NCBI RefSeq assembly: GCF_009914755.1
Contig: NC_060933.1
DNA from: the human T2T-CHM13v2.0 reference genome, Homo sapiens
Reading direction: 5' to 3' (one strand)
DNA length: 64,000 nucleotides
In this document: one piece after another, positions 12,591 through 24,247 of the stretch
Layout: every line of letters starts with the position of its first letter
How positions within the stretch are numbered: the first letter of the stretch is position 1
Program-made: the position numbers and the translations under genes
Notes under the pieces: model-generated
Databases searched by the model: none
What the model was told of the DNA's origin: nothing
Seen by the model: only the letters and a program-made list of their open reading frames with translations

Positions 12591-15033
12591 AGCATTTTCT
12601 TGTACAGAGCAGTATTATGCCCGTTCATTAGAGGAAACAAACTTTTAGAGGTAAGGTTTCATTGACAAACACTTTATTTAAAAAGCTTATGGAGAATTTC
12701 CCCTAAAATACTTCAGACTTTTTATTCTATCATAAGGAATTAATGTTGTCCATCAGCAGGAAAAAATGCAGCACATTGTCTTAATTATTTAGAGGTTTCA
12801 CTTTTTTTGAGTAGTGGGAGGCTATGAATAAAACAAAAACATGCTTAAATTTTCCTAAATTTTTAGCTTGGATTCCATTTACCGCTACCTATCAGAAAGA
12901 TGGTGCGGGAATTAGACTGTGGCAGCGGTTGGGGTGGGGATGGAATATGGGAACCGGGACTATCACTTTTAGAGTTTTATTTCCACATCCAGTTTTCAAA
13001 TCTGTCCTTGTTTTCATGTTTTATTGGCAACTGGTTTGGAGTACAGAGGCTAAACATACCCATCTATGTGAAATACTTGAAAGACGATCAATTTAAATAC
13101 AAAATCTGAAAGAAAATTGAAACAGTTCATCAATCTCAGGAAGTTTCAGGAATATCTAAATGTAATGAACATAATAAATTGATGACCGACTGGCGTTTCC
13201 AATTTTCTTCAAGACCATTGGAAATCTTTTCATAAGAGTCTTTGAGTTGTTTTAAGAGTCTCTCAAGCATACAAATATATAACAAATTAAAAAGAAGTTA
13301 TAAAATATAACTGCTATGTGCTCCGATATTAACAATCAATTCTTTTTCAAATGTGTAGGTGATGTTCTTAAGCAGCTGTGGCCACAGTAGGGATCTGTGT
13401 CAGTACTAGTCTGGATTTGCCCTTCACTTGTGTCCTGAATTTTTATATTTCTAACCCTTGTTGTTTATTGTTTCTATACCCCACACTGCTCTATACCTGT
13501 CTAGTCAATTCCTGGTAACAGGATAATCTAAGAGTGAAGAGTTTTGTGCACTTTGCAACCGTTCTAAATTTGTAGCTGCAAATGCAAGTTTTCCATCTCA
13601 GCCACGCAGGCTTCATCAACCATATTTCTATTGCTCTTGTTATTTCTATTTCTGTTTTGAATTGCTGTTTTTTAGCCCCTACCACAAGAAGCAGAGCTGT
13701 GATGACACTTTCATGTGGCTAACGTCAAATCCACTAGGCTTCTTGCCTGAATCACCATGAGTGAAAGTGTTGGGATACCACTGTGGCTTTCAGAATGAAT
13801 AAACCCTGCTCTCATTCAGCTGCTGTTTTCAAAGTTGCTTTCAGTGTTGAATTTTAAGTGGGATTCTTTCTGATTTTTCACTACAGACACAAGTTGGTGT
13901 GTATGGATCTCAGCCTAGTCGACCATGACTTGGCATTTTAACCAAGTCATAATTCTCAATGGACATTTTTGAAAGATGCTGATCAATTGTCCATTGAGGA
14001 AAAATAGTCTACATACTCTCACTTGGCAAACATTCCCCAAATTTTTCAGCCTCTTTAGATATAATTAAAAGAGATAATGATGGTGGGATGTCAGGAGGCT
14101 CCCCTTTTCCCACTGAAACCAGGGAGATTCAGATGAGGCTCAAATCAGTACAAATGGGATTCAAGTTAAGTCTAAGAATCTAATTTCTGAATCTAAGTCT
14201 TTAAATCTGGTAGAATAGTAAAAGGTTTGTCTTCAAGAGATTTTTTAAAAGAGGGGACAATTTGCATACAATATTTATTGAGAATCTACTAAATGCTAGA
14301 TAACCAGAGACGGTAAGACGCTGTTTCTGCTCCTATGGAGCTTGCAGTATGGAATCAGTCAGCTAATTAGAGAAGAAGTTATGACAAAGTTTGGGTTATA
14401 TTATGACAGAGGAAATTCAGGATATTCTAGTATCAAGGAAAAGTAAAGAAAAGGACTTCTGGAAGAAGTGCCACCTCAAAAGTGCCTGAAGGGTGAGTGA
14501 GTTGGAATTAGTCATGAAAAGAAGGAATAGAGGTAGAAGGAGGTTTGAAGTACTCACGAAAGCATTCATTTACTAGTGCAAATGAGAGCATGGTGGAACA
14601 ACATGGAACTGACAGAAACTTAGAATGGTTGAAATTCAAATGGACAGGGTGAAGGGGATATGAGATGAGTATGAAACACAAGGTCATATTGGGGTGAAAA
14701 TTGCAAGCCATATTAAGGAATTTGTAATTTTTTTTCCTAAGGAAAATAGCCATTGAAGGTCTTCTTTTTTTTTATTTTATAATTATTACACTTTAAGTTT
14801 GGAAAGGACACCACTGGCAACAATGTGACCAATGAATTAGGGGCGAGTTAGGATGTAAGGAGACCAGGTAAGAGGCTATGAAAAGTAGTTGCAATTTGGA
14901 CTAGGATAGTAGCTGAGGACACAGGGAGGACTGGAGGGAATCAGGACATTGCTAAAGGGTCAATTACCATAGATTGATTGAATGCAAAGGGGAAAGAAAA
15001 AAAAGGAAGCTGGTCAATGGATACGAGGAATTA

Positions 15034-15420
<387 letters not shown>

Positions 15421-16309
15421 TTATCAAAGACTAAAAAATAAATGATTCAGAGTCTTTCTTGTTCAATGATTTTATTAGTATTAACTAGTCTTTCAGTGCT
15501 GAGAAGCCATTTAATTTTTTAAGTCACCTCTAGCTGTAAGCTCAATTCACAGTATTTTTTGTGAAATAACCATCTTCATTCAGAGTTTAGTTAGCCACCC
15601 CCACAAGTAGGAAGAAATCCAAGGTTTATATATTTAACATTCTATAAAAGATCTGTGTATAAATATTAAATTCCTTAGCATAATTTGAAAAAGTTCAGAT
15701 TGAGAAAATTTGAGTGCAAAGTAGTTTGAATTATACAGCAAAAAGAATATACTCTATGCGACATATATTTTCTAAGAGGTATGCACAATTTATGTATTTT
15801 ATGTAATAATAATTGAAACAAACAAAAAACTTAATGGATTTACATAGCTAGATTCTATCTTAAGAATTACCAAAAGAACATAGAATATTAATCTATTCAT
15901 GGCATAGGAGGGTTGTCAATGTTTATTATGTGGTGCTTTAAAAAATATGTAATATATGTTCTGTATCTATACAAGTTATTGATAAGAGAAAGATACTGAA
16001 AAATGGTCCCATACCAACAATTCCTATCAGACCAATCTTACTTCATCGTATAATGAATGTTACAGGGGATGGAAGGAAACAAAAATATTAAAAATGAATG
16101 TTTGAATTATGTCCTGATCAGTATTAATATGCCAGGAATATATTTTAGAAACCCAACAGTACTAGGGGAAATGATAATGAATGTGAAGCCCTGGTAATCA
16201 ATATATTATTATGAAATACTGTTTACAGTTTTGTTTCATTTTTTCTAAAAATATTCAAAGCAAATCTATGCTGAGTAAAGAGTTTGGCATCTGTCTTATT
16301 TATAGATCT

Positions 16310-16740
16310 ATCCTGGATGTGTATGTGTGACACAATACAAATTTCTCACCTTTTCTGCCCCAAACTTGTTTACCCTCCTATGTTCCCTGTGTCCTTGATG
16401 GTTCCCCCTAGCTACTAGGCACCAAAACAAAATCTGGGAAGCATGCTAGACCTCACCCCTGTCATCTAGTCAATCTCTGGATTCAGTCAATTGTAATTCC
16501 TAAATATTGCTCAAGTCCAAATTTTGTCATATAGATCTACCTCCTAGCCCTTGATATCACTCAGCTGAATTATTGCAATATTCCCCTAACTGGACTCTCT
16601 GCATTGAATTCTCACTTTTCTTTTAAATTATCATTCACTCTTCCACCAGACAGATGAATCTAAAACACAGTTCAGACCAGGTAACACTCTGTCTAAACCC
16701 CTTGATCATCATTCCTGCTTCTTTCAGTATATAGTTTTTA
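16310..16740 (+). mobile_element. L2 fragment
   Basis: TTATTGCAATATTCCCCTAACTGGACTCTCTGC and related L2 motifs. Confidence 0.6.
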
Positions 16741-16789
16741 TTCTTTCTTTGTAAAATTGTAATGGAATTTCAAATGTTATGATTGCAGT

Positions 16790-18455
16790 GACTTCCAGTA
16801 TGACAATAACAGAATATCTTGTATCAGATGAACCCATCCTCAGAAAACAATTATAAATTGTGTACAAAGTATTTTAAAAACAAAAATTTAAAGGCACTAA
16901 AGAGTGATCAAAAGCAGACAGAAACTAGTGGTGAATTAATCCTTGAAATTAGAGAGTCACATGGGTTTTATAGTTTTTCCCCAGAGGCCCTCTCTGGTCC
17001 CCGCAATATTTAGAATATAGAACTAAAACAAAATGAAACTTGCCTTCTTATTGAAGTCAAATTAGGAATTTCCTTTCCAGGAAATGGAATCACAGAAGGG
17101 GAAGATGGAGGAGTCACAGAAGGGGAAGCCTCAAAAGTTGCATAATAATATCCCCTAAAATCCTTGGCTGACTGCTTGTGCACGGGAGCAACTCCAGGGA
17201 AGCCGGGAGGAAAACCACAGAAAAAACATTGAAAGGATGAAAAACCGATCATATATTTCAGCTGCTACCTACTGCAGAGAAACAGTTTAGAGTTCAAGTT
17301 CAACCAAATTAGAGGGGCTTAGAAAACACTGTGAGTTTTCCATTGAAATTCCAGAAAGGTTACACATATGAAGTAAAGACCACATTCCAGGACTAAGGGA
17401 TTATTTGCTCTTCAACTTGAGACAAAACTAAAACAGGCTTAACTTAGCAAATTGTGAAACCAAACCCCACAAGTTCAAAATCATCTGCCTATAATTTAGC
17501 TATCTGTTAGAATAAAACGACCTCTATTTAGTGTGAGAGTTAGCAAACTAAAACCCATGGCCTATTTTTGTATGACCCTCAAGATAAGGAAGACTTTTAC
17601 ATTCTTAAAGGGTGGAGAAGGAGGAGGAAGGAAGGAGAGGAGGAAAGAGAAGAGGAAGAAGAAAAGAAAGAGGAAGTGTTGGGGAAGAAGAAAAGGAAGA
17701 GGAAGGGAAAGGGAAGAAATACCAATAACCAAAGGTTGCCTACAAGGCCTAAAATATTTACCATATATCCCTTTATAGAAAAAGTTTCCCAGTACACCCT
17801 TTAAAGAAATATGGTATAATCCAGAATCTCTACAATGTATTATCTGTGATATCCCAAATGCCATTAAAAAGTATTGGTAATGTAAAGAAACAAGTAAATG
17901 TGTCCATAAAACGATAAAGTTGGTTAACAGAAATAGGTCTACAATGCTGGTCCATAAAAGAACCTTAAAATAATCATGACAATTATTTCAAATATGGTTT
18001 CAGTTGATGAAAAGGGGAGAAATTCTGGGAGAGATTTGTAAACTGAAAAGAATAACAAAAACAAATGAAAATTCTAGAACTAAAACAATTTAACATCCGA
18101 AATTTAAAAATCATTTAATAAGATTATCAATGGATTAGATACAATAGAAATAATGGATTAATGAGTGTGAAGACTACTTAATAAAAACATCCAAACTTAA
18201 ACAAAGAGAGAGAAAAAAGTTTGAAAAAATCTAACAAAACTTCAAGGATCTGTGGGACAGTACAAGTCTAATGTGTATAATTAGTGTTTCAGCAAAGAAG
18301 AAAGACAATGCATTTCAATATGTGTATATCTATATCTGTACACACATATTAGCTGAAGAATGTTCAAATTTGACTAAAAACTGTGGATCAAATTTTTTAA
18401 TTTGATCCAAAGGCTCAGGAAGCTCGGTGAATTTCAAACAGGATGAATACTAATG
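16790..18455 (+). mobile_element. Ancient L1M 5' UTR/ORF1 remnant
   Basis: GACTTCCAGTATGACAA start; ORF1-like AAATGAAAATTCTAGAACTAAAA...GGATCTGTGGGACA. Confidence 0.65.
17533..17800 (+). mobile_element. MER58C-like hAT element with internal GA-rich tract, nested in L1M
   Basis: GTTAGCAAACTA...CCTATTTTTGTATG...GCCTAAAATATTTAC...CCCTTTATAGAAAAAGTTT; purine-rich tract at about 17610-17718. Confidence 0.7.
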
Positions 18456-18639
18456 TGATATTGTGAGTTGGCTTTAGGGAGGTTCAGGGAACCTTTGGAG
18501 TTGGAGGCTCACTTCACAGAGCTTGCTATAGCTCTACAAAGAGTGCTTTCTTCTCCACGAGGACAAAGGTCTTCATTCTTGGTTAAGTAGTTGGAAAGTA
18601 AAAAGGAAACTTTACCCTCAGATGCTAAATTGGTATACA

Positions 18640-18860
18640 TTTATCATTTATTGAGTTTCCACTATGTGCTAGGCCATTCTGGGTGCTTTAGCATGTTATG
18701 TCATTTAATCCTTACAATCTTGTGTATAATTTTATAGATAAAGAACCTAAGGCTCACAGAGGTATGCAACTTGTGCCAGGTCACAAGTCATAATTTTTAG
18801 AAGAAATTTAAATACAATTGATCTATAAATGAAACCTGTACTCTTTCCACCACTTTTCCC
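18640..18860 (-). mobile_element. MIR SINE
   Basis: ATTTATTGAG...CACTATGTGCTAGGC...TCATTTAATCCTTACAA...AAGGCTCACAGAGG. Confidence 0.7.
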
Positions 18861-18923
18861 TTAGACCCCACAGCATATACAAATATATGCACAATGGTTA
18901 TAACTATTTGCTAAACTAATAAC

Positions 18924-20215
18924 TGTCTTTGTTTTGTGCTACCATAACAGCAGACCAGACACTGGGTAATAAATTAAATAAAAAGAAACATTTCTCACAG
19001 TTCTGAAGGCTGGGAAGTCCAATGGCAAGGGGTTGGCATCTTGAAAGGGCCTTCTTGCTGTGTCACCTCATGGCAGAAGGTGAGACGACGAGAGAGTGAG
19101 AGACAGAGCAAGGGAAGGGGACTAAACTCACCCTTTTATAATGAACCCACTCCCACAATAACAGCATAAATCTGTTTATGAGGGCAGAACCCTCATGGCC
19201 TAATCACCTGTCATTAGGACCCACTTCCCAGCTCTGTTGCACTGGAAATTAACTTTCCAGCACATGCTTTTTGGGGGATACATTCAAACCACAGCATTTA
19301 GCCCCTGGCCCTTAAAATTCATGTTCTTCTCACATGCAAAATATGTTTATTCCATCCCAATAACCTCAAAGTCTTAATGTGCTCTAGCATCAACTCAGAA
19401 AAAGTCCAGAGTCTAAATCAGGTATATGTGAGACTCAAGGCACAATTCATCCTGAGGCAAATTCCTCTACTGCTGTGAGCCTGTGAAATAAAAATAAGCT
19501 ATATAATTGCAAAACATAATGGTGAGATAGGCATAGGATAGCCATTTCATTACAAAAGGAAGAAGTAGGCAAGAAGAAATGAGAAACTGATCCCAGGTAA
19601 GTAAAAAACCCAACAGGGTAAGCAATGTTGAATCTTAAAGCAGTAGAATCATCTTTTTTGACTCAATGTCCTTTGTGCACACTCGGGTAGGAGTTGGGCT
19701 TCCAAGGCCTTGGGCAGTCCCACCCCTATGACTATGCTGGGGACAGCCCACACAGCAGCTTTTGCATGTTGGATTCTCCTGTCTGCAGCCCTCCCAGGCT
19801 GGAGTTCCATGATGGTGGCTCTACAGTTGTGGAGTCTCAACAGCAACCTGACCTCCGTGACTCCAGGAGGTATTGCCCTAGTGGAACTTTCTGTAGTGGC
19901 TCTGCCTCATGACAAGTCTCTGTCTGAGCACCAAGGCTGTCTGAGAAATCTTTTAAAATCTAGGTGAAAGAAGCCATGACTCCGCAGCTCTTGTATTTCA
20001 TGAGTCTTCAGAATTAGCCCCATGTAGATGCTGTCAGTTTATGACTTACCCCTTCCAAAGTAGTGACACAAGCTGGATTGAGGCTGGCTTGAATTGTAGC
20101 TGGGGTGGTCAAGGAATGCTGCACCAGAATGGGGAGAGCAGAAATCTGAAGTGGCACAGGGCAACAGATGCTGAGGTCCTGCAGGCAACTCTCTCTGGAA
20201 GCCTTGGTCAAGATA
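18924..20215 (-). mobile_element. MaLR MST-type LTR (18924-19296) with adjoining MST internal sequence
   Basis: LTR ends CATTCAAACCACAGCA and runs straight into MaLR-int motifs (CCCCTGGCCC...CTCACATGCAAAATA...GAGGCAAATTCCTCT). Confidence 0.75.
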
Positions 20216-20916
20216 CAGAACGAATCCACCAGGATGCTTTCTTAGCCCAGAATCTGGCTTATTTGCTCTATGGTTCAGTATTGAACCTGTACTTTAGTTT
20301 CCTATTGTGTATTCTGTTTACCCAGTTGGGTCTGGGGTTGCCTTTGGCTGGATCCCAGCCATCAAGATATGTTTTACTGTGAGTGGAGTCTACCTTCTTT
20401 ATCTACTGGGAGAGGCCCTGATGTAAAGCAAGCAGGCCACTTGGAAGTACATTAATCACTTGGGAAATTTCTCTGTCTCCTGTGGCTATCAAACACCAAC
20501 TTAGATTGAGTACCATTTTATTTCTTGATCCTTTTGGGCACTGAAAAACGTACAACTATTTGTTTCTAGATGACTGTCCTATCAATGAAGGCCATGTTTT
20601 GCAAATCATAGCATTTCCCAATTACCTGATCCCATCCTTTATGCACTAGGCATATATTGAGATTTCCAAATGCCTAGCAGCAGAGTCTTAGTAAGATTTT
20701 GGAGTTTTCAAAATCCAGTCTCCTTGAATATTTATCTAAGTGTGAAGGGTTGTAGTATTTGTGATTGGTGAGCATTCAATCTGCTGTAACACACCTGAAA
20801 CTCTGGCTTTACAAAGCAACAATAATATTAACTAACACTTACTGAATACTTGCTGTAGCCAGTTTTATATATGCATTATCTCATTTTTAATTTTTATAAC
20901 AACCATACAAGGGGAG

Positions 20917-21439
20917 TGTGGTAGTCAGAATAATGGCCTCCAAAAGATGTCCAAATTCTAAACCCCAAACCTGTGAATCTGTTACGTTATATGGCAAAGG
21001 GGAATTAGGGATCAGGGTAACAGGGTAACAGATGAAGGTAAGATTGCTAATCAGTTGGTCTTAAAATGGCGAGATTATCCTGGATTATGTGGATGGACCC
21101 AATATAATCAGAAGGTTTCTTAAATGTGGAAGAGAGAGGCAGAATAGTCAGTGTCACAGTAACACAATGTGAGAAGGACTCGGCTGGCTATTGCTAAATT
21201 TGAAGATAGAAGGAAGCCACAAGCTGAAGAATTAGGCAGCCTCCAGAAGCTGGAAAAGGCAAGGAAACAGATTTTCCTCTGGACCCTCCAGAAGGAAGAC
21301 AGTCCAGCCAACACCTTGATTTTAGTCCACTTAGACCCACATCAGGTTTCTGACATGCAAAACTGAAAGATAAATGTGTGTTGTTTCAAGCCACTCAGTT
21401 TATGATCATCTGTTACAGCAGTAGTAGGTAACTAATACA
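20917..21439 (+). mobile_element. MLT1D LTR inserted into a MIR
   Basis: TGTGGTAGTCAGAATAATGGCC...AGAAGCTGGAAAAGGCAAGGAAACAGATT...AACTAATACA; MIR pieces on both sides. Confidence 0.85.
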
Positions 21440-21954
21440 AGCAAGTACTATAATAGTCCTGAATATTAGATGTAAAATTTTGAGCCTTAGATGGAGTTAA
21501 TTACCTCAATAAACAAATACTTTGTTTAAAGGCAGTCTCATAGTTTGGACTAGGAAGAAGGCAATCTGACAAAGTTCCTGTTTTTCTTTTTAAGATGAAA
21601 TTATTTCTTCTATCCTCATCTTTCCAAATGGATGTATAGCACTGGTTGACTGCATATATTGTCATACAGCATACGACCTTAAAATCTAAAAACTTAACCT
21701 GCTCATAATAAAGGAATTTTTCTGCAAAATATCCCTTATTTCACAACCATGAGATAAATATCACATATGATGTGGTTTGGATATTTGTCCTTACCCATAT
21801 CTCATGTCGAATTGTAATCCCCAGTGTTGGAGGAGGGGCCTGGTGAGAGGTGATTTGATCGTGGGGTTGATCCTTCATGAATAGTTTAGCACCTTGGGTG
21901 CTGTTCTTGTGAGTGAGTACTTGTGAGATCTGGTTGTTTAAAAGTGTGTTGGCA

Positions 21955-22212
21955 GGCCAAGCGTGGTGGCTCACGCCTGTAATCCCAGCACTTTGGGAGG
22001 CCGAGGCAGGTGGGACACTCGAGGTCAGGAGTTCAAGAATGTTGAAACCCCATCTCTACTACAAACACAAAAATTAGCCAGGCACAGTGGCACACGCTTG
22101 AACCCAGGAGGCAGAGGTTGCCATGTGCCAAGATTGTGCCACTGCACTCCAGCCTAGGCAACACAGCAAGACTCCATCTCAAAAAAGAAAAATTAAAAAA
22201 ATTAAAAAAAAT
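21955..22212 (+). mobile_element. AluS with two internal deletions
   Basis: Alu dimer lacking the CCAGCCTGGCCAAC segment and the right-arm CTGTAATCCCAGCTAC...GAGAAT segment. Confidence 0.9.
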
Positions 22213-22223
22213 AAAAGTGTGTT

Positions 22224-22540
22224 GGCTGGGCAAGGTGGCTCACGCCTGAAATCCCAGAACTTTGGGAGGCCATGGTTGGGGATCACTTGAGGGTAGGAGT
22301 TCGAGACTAGCCCGGCCAACATGGTGAAACCCCATCTCTACTAAAAATACAAAAATTAGCCGGGCATGATGGTGCTCACCTGTAATTCCAGCTACTCAGG
22401 AGGCTGAGACAGGAGAATCGCTTGAACCCAGGAGGTGGAGGCTGCAGTGAGCCAGCCTCACAGCCTCCACAGTTAGTGGAGATTGTGCCACTGCATTCCA
22501 GCCTGGGCAACTGAGTGAGACTCCATCTTCCCACCCCCGA
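22224..22540 (+). mobile_element. AluS with internal insertion and C-rich tail
   Basis: Alu dimer with ~25 extra nt at about 22454-22478; the tail reads TCCCACCCCCGA. Confidence 0.9.
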
Positions 22541-23777
22541 AAAAGTGTGTAGTACTTACTCCCTCTCTCTCTTCCTCCTGCTCCAGCCATGTAAGACGTG
22601 CCTGCTTCCCCTTCACCTTCCATCATGATTGTTTCCAGAGACCTCCCCAGAAGCCAAGCAGAAGCCACTGTGTTTCCTGTGCAACCTGCAGAACCATGAG
22701 CTAATTAAACTGCTTTTCTTTATAAGTTGCCCAGACTCAGGTATTTCTTTATAGCAGTGCAAGAATGGATTAAGACCATGTAGCTCAAGTGGCCAAAAAA
22801 AAAAAAACCTCACAATTCTAGTACAATTTTCCATGTAAGAAGTACAAAAACTAAAGAAGTCAACAAAAGAGAGTTACCCAAGTGACGAAGTCCATCAGAA
22901 AATGGTTTAAGTCTATCAGAAAATAACTTAAAACCGGAAATAAAATGTGGATGTTTTTGAGCTAAAGTGCTGTTTTCTGATGTGTACTCTATAAATTAGG
23001 TAGTTATATCTCTTCAAGTAAACTACTTCATATTAGTGTTTTTGGCATCATATAACAGAGCTTTAATGTTGATGCCAGATTCCTTAGGGGTGACAGACAC
23101 ATCACACTAGCATACTTCATGATAAGCCCCATGTGTGTTTTTATTAAATATTACAGTAAAACCTCACCTGCATATTCTTAAATTAGTTATTTCTGTGATA
23201 AATCCTTCACCAGGCAATGATCTAGACTGAGACTAAAATTGCCTCAAGCACTTTCATTTTTAGTGCTTTGTTCCAGTGACTTTAATCTCTAGCTTACTTC
23301 ATAAGCAAAGTATATACTGATAAATACAATGAAGCCTAAGCCCTATTTGGCTGAATACACTATTCTGTAGGGAAATGAAATGAAGTCAACTAGTTACACA
23401 AAAACTATGTTTAGCAATTTACTAATCTTATTTGTAAGGCAGCAGAGCAGAGAGCCAAGACAACCACTGCCTTAATCCTTTCTTCCTTAACTTATTTCTA
23501 CTGACAGCCAGCTTCTGGTTGTCTCCTAGGGCTAAGCTTAAGAGTCTGGCTGGGAAAGAGCTCTCACACTGGCAGGGCTCCCCTCCACCACTTACTCTGA
23601 AGCTCCCCTAGTCCAGCAAATAAGCATTCAGAAACAGTCCTTTCGTATGTGCTCAGGCCATCTATTCAAATCTCTTAGTCACAGCCCTTCATTGCTTTCC
23701 TGTCTTGGATGACTCAGAAATAATAAAGTATTTTTCTTCTTGTATGTCTCCAGTAATTTTATGTGGACATCATGGCT

Positions 23778-24247
23778 ATATAAGTTGCCTAGAGCCACAA
23801 TATAGCTGCATAACAAATGATCCCCCAAACTCAGCATCTTACAACAACATTTATTCTTACACTTGTGGATCTGTAACTGATATGGTTTGGCTAATTGAGG
23901 CTCTCTTTCAAGCTGTGGGTTGGCTGGACTTGGCTCTTGACTGCAGGTTCACTTCAAGTCTGTTCCAAGGTTTTTGTTCTGGGGCTAGACTGATGGGGAA
24001 CCTGCTATCCAGGGCAAGTGCTTCTGATGGTGGAATGCTTCAGCCCAGGAGGCCAAGCAGAACCATTCAGGCACATTTCTAGTCTCTGTTTCACTAACAT
24101 CCAATAGTCAAAGCAAGTTATATGTTTAAGCCCAAAGTCAAAGAGTAGGAAAAATACACTTCACTCACATGAGAGCAAGGCAAGAGAGGGAATAAGATAA
24201 ACCTGTCATGGGACAATGAAGAATTGAGACCAAAAAGTCAATCTACA
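23778..24247 (-). mobile_element. Old MaLR LTR, MLT1H-like
   Basis: GCTGCATAACAAA...CCAAACTCAG...CAAAGCAAGTTATATG...AAGCCCAAAGTCAA...AATCTACA. Confidence 0.65.

Larger units (their letters stand above)
21768..22778 (+). mobile_element. MSTA LTR split by two tandem Alus
   Basis: TGATGTGGTTTGGAT...TTTAAAAGTGTGT | Alus | ...GTATTTCTTTATAGCAGTGCAAGAATGGATTAAGAC. Confidence 0.85.

Noticed and set aside
13640-13803. Polypyrimidine/AG acceptor followed by AATAAA, a possible lncRNA last exon
   Set aside because: Such signals are common by chance and I could not identify any upstream exon or other support.
17533-17864. Lys/Arg/Glu-rich and Phe/Leu/Ser-rich ORFs (also 27667-28053)
   Set aside because: Translations of GA-rich simple repeats.
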